Shown piece after piece: positions 10,885 through 19,793 of a DNA stretch of 35,254 nt. Below the pieces are notes generated by a model. The model had not been told where the DNA came from and did not search any database. It saw only the letters and a program-made list of their open reading frames with translations. The translations under genes and the position numbers were made by a program. Numbering within the stretch: position 1 is the stretch's first letter; the number at the start of each line of letters is the position of its first letter. This stretch comes from a virus (taxonomy: Duplodnaviria; Caudoviricetes). Location of the stretch: IMG/VR virus record IMGVR_UViG_3300012031_000039, positions 1-35,254 of that record. The stretch is one strand, 5' to 3'.

Positions 10885-11412
10885 TTAACACTTATTAATA
10901 ATATAATTTATGGTACCTACTGCTGCAAAAATGTGATATGGTTGAATGTCTGCATTATTTATAGACTCTACATTAAATCCTTTTAAAACTGTTTCTAAAC
11001 CTGTTTCCATTCCTGTTATATTGAATTGACTACGTGGTTCTAAAAGTTCAAAAACTTGTTTCTGTGCAAAAGCATCTTTTCTCTCACTAGAGCTTGGAAA
11101 TACTTTTTCTAGATCTAACATAAATACTATTTTTACTTTGGCTTGCATTGTTAGTGCATTCACCAAAGTGTGTTTATCTTCGACTATAAAGAACATGTTT
11201 GACTTGTTCTTTTTATCTACTATGTAAACATCTTCTACATAATCTCTACCACCATCGTTGTATTGAGGTAGGTAACCGCTTTCTGTTTTGTTTTTATGAA
11301 TACGGCCATAAGCTTGCATTGGTTTCCAATCTAAAGACTCATACATAAATGTCTGCAATCTTTTTATTGGAATGTCTAATCCTACGGGTGTATTTACAAC
11401 GTTGTTACTCAT
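10885..11412 (-). CDS. Head-tail joining/tail terminator-like protein
   Basis: 175 aa just upstream of the major tail gene; synteny. Confidence 0.5.
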   Translation of the reverse strand: MSNNVVNTPVGLDIPIKRLQTFMYESLDWKPMQAYGRIHKNKTESGYLPQYNDGGRDYVEDVYIVDKKNKSNMFFIVEDKHTLVNALTMQAKVKIVFMLDLEKVFPSSSERKDAFAQKQVFELLEPRSQFNITGMETGLETVLKGFNVESINNADIQPYHIFAAVGTINYIINKC

Positions 11413-11418
11413 TTTATC

Positions 11419-12006
11419 TTACCAACTTGGACCACTTTGAACTGTTGCATTAAATGGAAATATGATTTTCTGCGCATCTGATACGCTAAAATCAAATTTA
11501 CTCTGAACACCATAAGAAACTGTCTTACCGTTGTCATTCTTTGCTCCATTCAGTTCCATTTTTAAGAACGTGAATGCTTCTCTTACATTTCTCTGTGATA
11601 GATTAGTTCTTTTACTAGAGATCATCATATCTAAAGCATCAGCACATACAGCTAAAGCATATGGTTTTATAAGTAAATTCAATCTCTCATCTATTACAGA
11701 TGAGTAGTCTTCATTTACCTGGTAATCTACACTCGCATCAAGAACACTCATAAGTGTCTTAATCGCTGCATCTCTTCTAAGTTTAGTGAAGATAGCTCTA
11801 ACGCTACTCTGTGCATTATTACATTCTAACAAATTAGCTTCAATAGCATCTAATATTGCATCAGGTGTTACTAATTTACTAAAACTGTCAAAAATTAAAT
11901 TAGATGAGCCATTTGTATTAGGCTCATCTAATTGAATTGCACTATCACTCAGTTGGCCAAAACCAACTGAGTTAATAAGTAACGATATTGCTTCTTGAGT
12001 GTACAT
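11419..12006 (-). CDS. Head-tail adaptor-like protein
   Basis: 195 aa helical protein directly after the capsid gene; synteny. Confidence 0.5.
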   Translation of the reverse strand: MYTQEAISLLINSVGFGQLSDSAIQLDEPNTNGSSNLIFDSFSKLVTPDAILDAIEANLLECNNAQSSVRAIFTKLRRDAAIKTLMSVLDASVDYQVNEDYSSVIDERLNLLIKPYALAVCADALDMMISSKRTNLSQRNVREAFTFLKMELNGAKNDNGKTVSYGVQSKFDFSVSDAQKIIFPFNATVQSGPSW

Positions 12007-12013
12007 CTACTTC

Positions 12014-13309
12014 TTAAGCTGAGATTAATTCATCTAAGAATATAGCTACACCTTCATCAGAAAGTGAGTCAATTTTCTTAGCTAAAGTTACATCTTGCTG
12101 AGCGATAGTAGCCACTGCGATAGTACTGTCAACTTCTCTAGCTGCATTAATACCATCAACTACTGATTGCTTAGTGTAGTTAGTTCCTTCATATGAGAAT
12201 GTTGCATTACCTTCTGTTTGAGTATCTTCAGAAGCTGTCGCCTCTTCAGTGTCAATAGAATAGATAGATGATACATTATCAATTACAGGAACAACTAGCG
12301 CTTGAGATGAAGTGAATTCAGCAAATGGCTCATCACTGCTCCATTTCTTCAATAGAATAAACGATCCAGACTTCTCATATAGAGCGTTGTTACTTTGACG
12401 AGTTTCTTCTGCTAAGATACCGTACATCAATTTACCGACATTCAATGTATCTGTCATGATCACAACATTTTCAGCCCAAGGTGTAATTGTATATCTCTTA
12501 CCGTTTTTCTCAACGATAATTCTTCTATCAATTATGATGATCTGCAGTCTGTACTTTCTTAGCATCATGGCGTTAACCTGTTCTAAATCTGGTACTGGAA
12601 TTTGATCACCTACAAAGTTCTGCATAAATGCATATTGCTCTCTAGTTTGTTGATTTGCTGCTAATGCATCAAACGTAGACTCGTCCATCATTAAATATCT
12701 AGGAGCATCTCCAGCAGCTTTCGCTTCTTTGATCACTCTCTTAATATCGTCGATAGGTTTTGCGTTTTCAACATCTGACCATTTAGTTTTAGCACCAAAC
12801 TTATTGGCTGCTTTATACCCATAGTCAACTCTAACACCGGTTCCTACGTTGTTTTCATCATCAATGACTGTTACACCAGACGACAAACCTTGTAAAAACA
12901 TATACTCTAGCTTCTCATGAACACCCATAATGCATTTGACTTCATCATTAAAGATCTTGTCAATAAGCACCTCAGTACCTACGTTCTTAGCTCTAATAAC
13001 GTCAACATCACTTAGGTTCTTTTCAGTCATCTGCATTTTCATACCAACTTTAGGTATATCTCCAGATGCTTGACCAAAAGTGTCTCTCTTTTTAAGCGGT
13101 AGACTTGAGTCTAAAGAGACGATGTCAGCAGCAACAATGTTACTGTTAACTGTCAATGAATTCCACTTAAGATCTGCGCTTAACTCTTCAGTCAACATGT
13201 CTCTATACATGTAAGTGCGCTCTGTCTTCTTACCATTTACTCTCTCTTCGATGGTATTTGCGATTGATTTAAACCAATCTTTGAATTGTACAAAAATAGA
13301 TTGATTCAT
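12014..13309 (-). CDS. Major capsid protein (lambda gpE-like HK97 fold)
   Basis: AADIVSLDSSLPLKKR, GDIPKVGMKMQMTE, VDYGY...KWSD...KPIDDI motifs resemble capsid-E family proteins; follows scaffold and decoration genes. Confidence 0.85.
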   Translation of the reverse strand: MNQSIFVQFKDWFKSIANTIEERVNGKKTERTYMYRDMLTEELSADLKWNSLTVNSNIVAADIVSLDSSLPLKKRDTFGQASGDIPKVGMKMQMTEKNLSDVDVIRAKNVGTEVLIDKIFNDEVKCIMGVHEKLEYMFLQGLSSGVTVIDDENNVGTGVRVDYGYKAANKFGAKTKWSDVENAKPIDDIKRVIKEAKAAGDAPRYLMMDESTFDALAANQQTREQYAFMQNFVGDQIPVPDLEQVNAMMLRKYRLQIIIIDRRIIVEKNGKRYTITPWAENVVIMTDTLNVGKLMYGILAEETRQSNNALYEKSGSFILLKKWSSDEPFAEFTSSQALVVPVIDNVSSIYSIDTEEATASEDTQTEGNATFSYEGTNYTKQSVVDGINAAREVDSTIAVATIAQQDVTLAKKIDSLSDEGVAIFLDELISA

Positions 13310-13312
13310 AGC

Positions 13313-13711
13313 TTATTCTTTTGTGAAATTAATTAACGGTAATGCTGTTCTTAACGCAGCTAAAATACTTGTAGCTGTATAAGGTCCAGCCTCATAATTT
13401 ACAGAACCACGTATCATACATGATACAAATGGTTTGTTTGTTGCAACTGTACTTACTACAACACCTTTATAAGAGTGGTTTGCTGGTTTAGCAGCATACG
13501 CTTTTCCTGTAATAGGCATTGGTTTTAGTACACCAGTTGCGTCTTCTTCAATAATAACGTGACCTGCTCTGATTATAGGAGGTGTAAAACCGGTAGTGTC
13601 AAGTGTTTTACCACCTGGAATAACTTCTAAGTTTTTGATGATAGTGATACCATCATTCCCATTGTCAAAATTTTGGCCTTCGTTATTCAAATTCGCGGTA
13701 GTTCCCGACAT
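13313..13711 (-). CDS. Head decoration protein
   Basis: 132 aa beta-rich ORF between scaffold and capsid (IPGGKTLD...IRAGHVII), the lambda gpD-like position. Confidence 0.65.
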   Translation of the reverse strand: MSGTTANLNNEGQNFDNGNDGITIIKNLEVIPGGKTLDTTGFTPPIIRAGHVIIEEDATGVLKPMPITGKAYAAKPANHSYKGVVVSTVATNKPFVSCMIRGSVNYEAGPYTATSILAALRTALPLINFTKE

Positions 13712-13735
13712 AATAAAAATAATTTTAGGTTAAAC

Positions 13736-14413
13736 TTAAACTCTCATTTTATCAACAACTTTGTCAACTTGCTTTTGCTCAGGCGAACCATCTGCATGGC
13801 CTTGACCTGCTCCACCAGCATAACTGTTAGAGTCAGCATTTGACTGTACTAAAGTTGAGTATTCTTCTTCTAAACCTTTTACCTGATCTTCAAATGATGT
13901 TTCAGACTCTAGATTTACTCTGTCTAACCATTTGCTTTGGACTTTCTCATCCATTTTAGAAAGAAGTTCAGACTTAGAAAATACACTCTTTGCTTGAGCA
14001 CGTTTTGTGTCAGTAACATTACCATTTTTGATTGTTTCCAATTCAGTGCGAAGAGTCTTATTGTCTTTCAACATTTTTTTAGCCCAAGCTGGTGCTTCTG
14101 CTAACTCTTCATCATCTTCGTCTTCATCAGTTTCGTCTGCTGTTGGTCTACCGCTTAACTTTTCCAACTCCTTTTGAACTCTCAGCCTATCGGCTTCTGC
14201 TCTTCTTAATTTGTCATCGTCTTTAGCAATCTGCGTAAAGTCAACTAGGTCGTTGTAATCATTAATGATAACATCAATTGCTGAGTCATCTGCATCATCT
14301 TCTGGTCTTGTAGAAAGTTTGTCCATGAACAAGTCCAACCGTTCTTTTGATAGTGTGCTTTTAGGAAAAATAACCTTAAAGCGCTCTATCATTTTTACTT
14401 TTTTTACTGCCAT
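13736..14413 (-). CDS. Capsid scaffolding protein (likely start ATG 14413)
   Basis: Acidic coiled-coil protein with a PAWAK motif upstream of decoration/capsid. The track start at 14443 falls inside the promoter box, so ATG 14413 (MAVKKVK) is preferred. Confidence 0.7.
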   Translation of the reverse strand: MAVKKVKMIERFKVIFPKSTLSKERLDLFMDKLSTRPEDDADDSAIDVIINDYNDLVDFTQIAKDDDKLRRAEADRLRVQKELEKLSGRPTADETDEDEDDEELAEAPAWAKKMLKDNKTLRTELETIKNGNVTDTKRAQAKSVFSKSELLSKMDEKVQSKWLDRVNLESETSFEDQVKGLEEEYSTLVQSNADSNSYAGGAGQGHADGSPEQKQVDKVVDKMRV

Positions 14414-14442
14414 TGTGTTATTGTTTTTTAAAACGTTATTCA

Positions 14443-14450
14443 CAAATTTA
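14443..14450 (-). promoter_or_regulatory. Bacteroidota-type -7 promoter box TAAATTTG for the head/tail operon
   Basis: Matches the TAnnTTTG consensus, ~30 nt upstream of the scaffold ATG and downstream of a terminator. Confidence 0.6.
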
Positions 14451-14507
14451 AAAATATATTTGAGTTTTGTTGCATTTTAAGCAACTATTTTTTAAAATAT
14501 TGGTATG

Positions 14508-14536
14508 AAAAAAGCCATTCTAATTAAAGAATGGCT
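14508..14536 (-). terminator. Rho-independent terminator
   Basis: Minus strand AGCCATTCT-ttaatt-AGAATGGCT followed by a T run: 9-bp stem plus U-tract. Confidence 0.8.
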
Positions 14537-14598
14537 CTAAATCAAATAAAATAACTAACCAATAAATCCATAACAACCATGAAAAAACTGTTACAAGT
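14508..14598 (-). ncRNA. Candidate ~90-nt small RNA
   Basis: TATATTTA(CG) promoter-like box at 14601-14610 and terminator at 14508-14536 bracket a U/G-rich segment with no substantial ORF. Confidence 0.4.
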
Positions 14599-14640
14599 TA
14601 CGTAAATATAATTTATTTTTTGACAGTAAAAAATAATCTA

Positions 14641-14979
14641 CTAAAAAATATTGGTTTTTACTTTATGTATTTTGTCTATCAAATAGTCATCAACTGCATT
14701 AAAACTGAAAAGCTTGTCTTGTCTAAAATCCATATGACCATCTAAATATATGATACACGTAGGAAGTGTTTTAATTCTAAGAGCTTCAAAAAGATCTTCA
14801 TTGACATTCTTACTTATCTTTATGACTTTTATGTTAGAGCCATATCTAAGAGCTAACTCTTTGACTTTTGAATTAAACAGTGGATTTTCATTTTCAAAAA
14901 TACTAAACGTACTGTGAAAAAACAATACTACTGGTTTGCCAGGGTGGTCTATGATCTTACCAAATTTACTGTTTGTCAT
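14641..14979 (-). CDS. Thioredoxin-fold protein lacking CxxC
   Basis: KPVVLFFHSTF...KELALRYGSNIKVIKIS...EDLFEALRIKTLPTCIIYLDG follows the thioredoxin pattern including the cis-Pro 'LPT' strand; WCGPC is replaced. Confidence 0.7.
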   Translation of the reverse strand: MTNSKFGKIIDHPGKPVVLFFHSTFSIFENENPLFNSKVKELALRYGSNIKVIKISKNVNEDLFEALRIKTLPTCIIYLDGHMDFRQDKLFSFNAVDDYLIDKIHKVKTNIF

Positions 14980-14990
14980 TACTCTTAGAT

Positions 14991-15176
14991 TTATATTTTT
15001 GAATTTATGACTATTACTGAAGTATTGCCTAGATGAAAATCTACTTCCATATCTTGGTCTTCAATATTAAATAAGGTTTCTCTTCCTTTTGAACAGTTCA
15101 TTCTCTCTTTATTAACCATTAGGTCGAAGTCAAAATCGAATAATGTTCTTCTTAATTCTTTAATTGTAGCTTTCAT
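14991..15176 (-). CDS. Small hypothetical protein
   Basis: 61 aa ORF directly behind a repeated promoter/leader cassette. Confidence 0.7.
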   Translation of the reverse strand: MKATIKELRRTLFDFDFDLMVNKERMNCSKGRETLFNIEDQDMEVDFHLGNTSVIVINSKI

Positions 15177-15264
15177 GATATATGTTTTAGTTTGTTTTAT
15201 ACTGCTAATTTACAGGATATTATTTAAACTAAAAAATATTTTATGATTTATTTTAAAAAAAGTT
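15177..15264 (-). promoter_or_regulatory. Repeated promoter/leader cassette, copy 1 (-7 box TAAATTAG at 15205-15212)
   Basis: Shares AAACTTTTTTT, CATAAAATATTTTTTAGTT and AAACAAACTAAAACATATAT blocks with 21805-21891 and 23609-23695. Confidence 0.75.
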
Positions 15265-16716
15265 TTAATCCTCTTCTAAAGTAGATTGATTTTGAGCTTG
15301 TCTTGCAGCTATTTCTTGATCTATGTTTATGATCTCTTCATCAATGTCTTCTACTAGATCTAGCATATTTATACCTGTTCTTCTACTTATTAAATTAGAG
15401 TCTATACCTTTAGATACATAGTTTATTTTCTCACTTATGTCAGACGGTAGAATAGAATTGAAGTGAATATCATAATATAGTGATTGGCTTTCATTTCTAA
15501 GTCCTGTGTTAGTGGCATTTGTTATTCCAGATGTTATTATATTTATACATCTCTCTATGAATACCTTCGTTGAATTTCTATGAAACTCTGATTTCAACTC
15601 TGTTGCTAAAAACATAAGCTTAACAGTTTTCTCTGCTACATTTCCAAGACTCTTAAGCTTCTCTAAAGATAGATTTGGAACTCCAGATCCATAAGCAATT
15701 GCTTCTTCGAGTTTATCTAATTCTAATTTGTTTGACTCAGGTGCTGTTTCTGCTTCTAAAAATCTAACATTACCTTTGACTTCATTTCCAGCTTTGTCAA
15801 ACTTTATTGGAATATTAAAGTGTTTGCCACTCTCTTCTTTAAGTGGCATGTTTGTCACAATACCTTCTGTGACTAAAATAGGATGGCCAGAGTAGTCATT
15901 CGCATCGCCTAATTTAGATAGAGCAACTTCATGTCTGTCTATTGGTGATGCTACTGTGTACCACTGAGGTTCTTTCTGTGAGTCATAGACTATTGGAATT
16001 CTATCAAAACCATGAGCCATTACACCATTTTGATCAGACAGTCTAAGTTCACCACTTTCATCATTTAGGTAGTATTTGTTTTTAATGTCCCATATCTCAA
16101 CGTTGTTTATGTTTTTATCATCTGCATTTACTGAAACATATGACCACATAAAAAGAAGCATGTTATCTTCACCATCGAAGTATGGTGTCATTACGCCTTT
16201 TTCATTGTTAAGTACTTTTGCTTTTATTTCTTTTTTCTGTGCTGATAACCCAAGTTTTATAAGTATTCTATTTAACATAGAAGATTGATCGAGATCTTTT
16301 ATGTAGAAATTCATAGCTACTTGTGTTTGACTCATCTTGATCACTGTAGACTGTAACAGTTTTGCATCAATTCTATTTACTCTCCATATCTGTTTGACTA
16401 ATTTAGATAGGTTGTTGTCTTCAGATGCTATCACTGATACGGGTTTACCTACTACAAATGTAGCGAGTGTTTCAACTATGTTCTGCGCATGGTTTAAATA
16501 TATCTTAACCATCTTAGAGACTTTATTGTCTGCTAGTGATTTGTCAAGTTGAATTCTATCTACTTGACCATCTCTTTGATTTCTACCAAAGTCTCTGTAT
16601 TCTTTTATGTAGTTGTCTATTTTAGATACGTCTTTGCTTTTGAGTTTTATTTTCTCAATAGCAGATTTAGGATCTGTAGATAGTTGATCTGTTATGGCTT
16701 TTACAATATCATCCAT
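15265..16716 (-). CDS. Portal protein (SPP1-like)
   Basis: 483 aa after TerL; IVETLATFVVGKPV, HGFDRIPIVY, IDRHEVALSKLGDANDYSGHPILV match the SPP1 gp6-type pattern. Confidence 0.9.
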   Translation of the reverse strand: MDDIVKAITDQLSTDPKSAIEKIKLKSKDVSKIDNYIKEYRDFGRNQRDGQVDRIQLDKSLADNKVSKMVKIYLNHAQNIVETLATFVVGKPVSVIASEDNNLSKLVKQIWRVNRIDAKLLQSTVIKMSQTQVAMNFYIKDLDQSSMLNRILIKLGLSAQKKEIKAKVLNNEKGVMTPYFDGEDNMLLFMWSYVSVNADDKNINNVEIWDIKNKYYLNDESGELRLSDQNGVMAHGFDRIPIVYDSQKEPQWYTVASPIDRHEVALSKLGDANDYSGHPILVTEGIVTNMPLKEESGKHFNIPIKFDKAGNEVKGNVRFLEAETAPESNKLELDKLEEAIAYGSGVPNLSLEKLKSLGNVAEKTVKLMFLATELKSEFHRNSTKVFIERCINIITSGITNATNTGLRNESQSLYYDIHFNSILPSDISEKINYVSKGIDSNLISRRTGINMLDLVEDIDEEIINIDQEIAARQAQNQSTLEED

Positions 16717-16735
16717 GATGCTTAATTTTGTTTGT

Positions 16736-16745
16736 CGTAAATATA
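16736..16745 (-). promoter_or_regulatory. Promoter-like box TATATTTACG upstream of portal
   Basis: Identical 10-mer at 14601-14610; related TAGATTTAC at 19390-19398. Confidence 0.4.
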
Positions 16746-16754
16746 TGAATAATT

Positions 16755-18314
16755 TTAATAGTCTAATGCTCTTGATTGATCTTCTGTCATTCCATATGTT
16801 TCTAACTCATATTCAACTTCAAACCATTCATTCATAAAGAATGTATCTAGAATATCTGGTGACTCATTTTGTAGAATGACTTTCATTTGCTCTTTTGGTA
16901 TCACTTTTAATTTCCCATCCATATCAACTTTGTCTTTCTTAAAAGCTTTGCGTTCATGGATCATACGTTGTTTTACAGTCATCTTATCATCGTATCTCAT
17001 GTTCTGTACTCTCTCACTCACATATGCTTTGTCTTTATTTACTGCAGCACCTGATCTGTATATCAATTGAGTCTTTAAATTTTGATAGTTTTCATCTACG
17101 TTCATTTCTAAGACTTCATCATAGACTTCTAATGTTTTTCCACCACCGTGAAAAGGAATTGCACCTGGTAGAAAACCATCTAAATAACCACCTACACCAT
17201 CAGCATCAAATAGCACCATTCTATTTGGTACTTTGTGCCTCTTCTGCATAGTTTTAATAGCTTCTAAGACTTCTTTGCCATCAGACTTGTCCATTATGAT
17301 CATGTCTTCTAAGTTACGCCCTTCAAAATAGGATATGATAAACTTATTAGAACCTTGCAATGCAATGTCAGCAACTATGCGTTTCTTGTCTCTAGGTAGT
17401 TCAAATATGAGTTCAAACATATCATTGAATGCATCAAATTCGTAAATATCTAAATCACTCTTAGAGTATTTCCAGTTACTTTCTAATAAAGATCTTCTAG
17501 TTGCTTCGTCTTGTGAAAGAAGGTTAGCTAGATACGCTGGATTGATCTTGAGTAGCTCTTGATTTTGGTATATGGAACCAGATATGAATGTTATTGACTT
17601 TACAAAATCTTGAGCTCTTATAGTATTTTCTTTATTTTGACGCTCTGCTTCTTCTTTTGCAGCTTCTAGCATTTTATCTATGATATGAGAGGCCTTATCA
17701 ACTACTTCGTCTTCAGTATCGCCCCAAATATAGCTATCGCCAAAGCGTATGAAGTGGCGTATTTTACCATCTCTTTCAGGTATTGGAAAACCTGTTTCTT
17801 GATCAATCCACCATGAAATAAGTTTAGCCACCCAACTCTCAGGGTCTGGGTTACATGTAGCCCTTACATATGGTTTAACACCACACGTTGATCTGTTTCT
17901 AGAAAGCAGATAGAAGAACATAGTTTCTGTGAAATGAGTGAGCTCATCAAAACCTATGAACGGCACTTGTGCACCTTGCCAATCGAGTTTATTCTTTTCA
18001 TATTCTAAATGTGAGAACTTAAGCTTTGAACCTTTTGGAAAGTGCCATTCTAATGAGCTCTCTCTTGGTCTTGCACCTAGATTTGGATAGATCTGCATAG
18101 ACGTGTCCCATAAACCGCCTTCTAATTTGATCTGTGGCGATGTTCTTCTAAATATGACACCACCAAAACCTTTTACACCAGAGTGTCTTAGATACTCTAA
18201 AAGTAGCGCAAATGTTTTACCAACACCAGCAGCTGAACCACCTATGACAATATCTGCTGATGAACCTAAGAAGTTTTCTTGAAAACCAGGTTGAGGTTTT
18301 ATTGTTTTACCCAT
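16755..18314 (-). CDS. terL: Terminase large subunit
   Basis: Walker A GGSAAGVGKT, Walker B FIGFDELTHF, ATCNP coupling motif, and RNase H-like nuclease acidic residues (ADIA, DADGVG, SPDILD). Confidence 0.95.
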   Translation of the reverse strand: MGKTIKPQPGFQENFLGSSADIVIGGSAAGVGKTFALLLEYLRHSGVKGFGGVIFRRTSPQIKLEGGLWDTSMQIYPNLGARPRESSLEWHFPKGSKLKFSHLEYEKNKLDWQGAQVPFIGFDELTHFTETMFFYLLSRNRSTCGVKPYVRATCNPDPESWVAKLISWWIDQETGFPIPERDGKIRHFIRFGDSYIWGDTEDEVVDKASHIIDKMLEAAKEEAERQNKENTIRAQDFVKSITFISGSIYQNQELLKINPAYLANLLSQDEATRRSLLESNWKYSKSDLDIYEFDAFNDMFELIFELPRDKKRIVADIALQGSNKFIISYFEGRNLEDMIIMDKSDGKEVLEAIKTMQKRHKVPNRMVLFDADGVGGYLDGFLPGAIPFHGGGKTLEVYDEVLEMNVDENYQNLKTQLIYRSGAAVNKDKAYVSERVQNMRYDDKMTVKQRMIHERKAFKKDKVDMDGKLKVIPKEQMKVILQNESPDILDTFFMNEWFEVEYELETYGMTEDQSRALDY

Positions 18315-18520
18315 TATCTATGGAATTTACTACATATGTAGTCATGCATACTATTTATAGTTTTAGTAGCTTCTAACAGTTCTTCGTATGATTTGCGTGT
18401 TTCATGCTGTGTTTTATCTAGAGTAACGATGTGAGCTACTTGAGCATCACTGGACAGCTTATTAGCTATATACTGAGCTAACGCACTTGATTGCTGTCCA
18501 ATTATCAATACTTTTTTCAT
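18314..18520 (-). CDS. Hypothetical protein between terS and terL
   Basis: 68 aa, with a 1-nt stop/start overlap with terL. Confidence 0.6.
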   Translation of the reverse strand: MKKVLIIGQQSSALAQYIANKLSSDAQVAHIVTLDKTQHETRKSYEELLEATKTINSMHDYICSKFHR

Positions 18521-18523
18521 GAA

Positions 18524-19084
18524 TTAGTCTCTATTGTTGCTAGGTAATTGATACATTGTAACTTCAGCAGCTTTCTGTTTGTTGTCTTTCTCATAACCAC
18601 CTAAGTGCTTCATAAGTTTTTCAATTGCATCTAGCTTATTCATTAGGTTGACTTTCTTTATTTCACCATACGGTATCTTTTCATTGCCAATATTAGCGTT
18701 GAGAGTTCTAACATCTATAGAGCTGATCATTTGTCTAACTGATTTTGGCATATCGTGTATACTCTTAAGAGATCCATCTTCTTTGTACATTTCAGCTGGA
18801 TCGAAGCGTACCATGTTTGCAAGATCTACAACTAACTCATCGATAGTTATTCTATTTCTTTCGATGCTTTCTTGTTTTAATCTCTCTATCTCATCTTTGA
18901 TTATTTGCCTATTTGATAACAAATAAGACTTTCTGTACATCACATGTCTTTGCATACCACTTGCGTCATACACCCTTTTGTAAGCTTCTGAATAGCTGTG
19001 GTATTGCATGTATGCGTGACAAAAAGCTCTTTCTCTACTAGTCAATATTTCATCACCATTCTTGTCTATTTTTCTCTTTCCCAT
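18524..19084 (-). CDS. terS: Terminase small subunit
   Basis: LTSRERAFCHAY...SEAYKRVY HTH and KLDAIEKLMKHLG, typical of TerS; upstream of terL. Confidence 0.88.
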   Translation of the reverse strand: MGKRKIDKNGDEILTSRERAFCHAYMQYHSYSEAYKRVYDASGMQRHVMYRKSYLLSNRQIIKDEIERLKQESIERNRITIDELVVDLANMVRFDPAEMYKEDGSLKSIHDMPKSVRQMISSIDVRTLNANIGNEKIPYGEIKKVNLMNKLDAIEKLMKHLGGYEKDNKQKAAEVTMYQLPSNNRD

Positions 19085-19086
19085 AT

Positions 19087-19371
19087 CTATTTTAGTTTTA
19101 TGTGTCCTCGTCCTATGAGGTGCAAAATCCTTGCTTTTACTATCCTTCTTTCATTAGCCGAAAGCATAGATTTTTTCTCTTCTATTAGCTTAAATTCATC
19201 AATTAATTCTCTATACTCGTTCTCTACTTGATCGATTTTATTTTTTATCTTCTCATTTTTCTTTCTGTAGTTCACATAAATTTTGAAAATAAAAGGTAGT
19301 TTATCAAGTATGAAATTCTTAATCTTTCTCATCAAAAATATAACAAATATTTTGATCTCTAGTTTCTTCAT
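19087..19371 (-). CDS. Hypothetical protein
   Basis: 94 aa basic coiled-coil ORF heading the packaging operon. Confidence 0.65.
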   Translation of the reverse strand: MKKLEIKIFVIFLMRKIKNFILDKLPFIFKIYVNYRKKNEKIKNKIDQVENEYRELIDEFKLIEEKKSMLSANERRIVKARILHLIGRGHIKLK

Positions 19372-19410
19372 AAATAAAATTTATTTTTTGTAAATCTACT
19401 AATTTTTTCT

Positions 19411-19781
19411 GGAAACAATAAGAGAAACAAAGGAAACAATGATTGTTTCTCGGTAACTGTTTGGCTATCAATTCTATAGGGTCGCCCGAGAAACAATAAA
19501 AAAAGCGCATTGTTTCTCATTTAACTGCTTGATTTTCAATAAACTAAAATGTTAATTTATGTTAAAAAGCATCCAGGGAAACAATAAAAAGGCAGCCTAA
19601 CCCCCAGCGGCTCCTGGGCAATATACGCGTTTTAGGTAGTATATGGTAATTATCTATATTTTATAATATCAAAGGTTTTATACTTTTATTGTTTCCTTTG
19701 TTTCCAGAGCACCTAGGATCACTACCACCGTGACTTCGTTGGAGAAACAATCATTGTTTCTCTTTGTTTCCTTTGTTTCTC
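19411..19781. repeat. GAAACAA repeat array with flanking imperfect inverted repeats (candidate origin or genome-end element)
   Basis: 13 copies counted by hand: GAAACAA at 19412, 19424, 19433, 19490, 19578, 19744; TTGTTTC at 19443, 19510, 19689, 19698, 19754, 19764, 19773. Confidence 0.8.
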
Positions 19782-19793
19782 TGCTAAAAATGA

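Noticed and set aside
14578-14604. Plus-strand mini-ORF MKKLLQVT
   Set aside because: Only 8 codons and no plus-strand promoter seen; better explained as the complement of a minus-strand sRNA.
19319-19510. 63-aa minus-strand ORF
   Set aside because: Runs through the GAAACAA repeat array and overlaps the next gene and its promoter-like box; probably spurious.
19411-19781. CRISPR array
   Set aside because: Repeats are 7 nt, in both orientations and irregularly spaced; no spacer periodicity and no cas genes.
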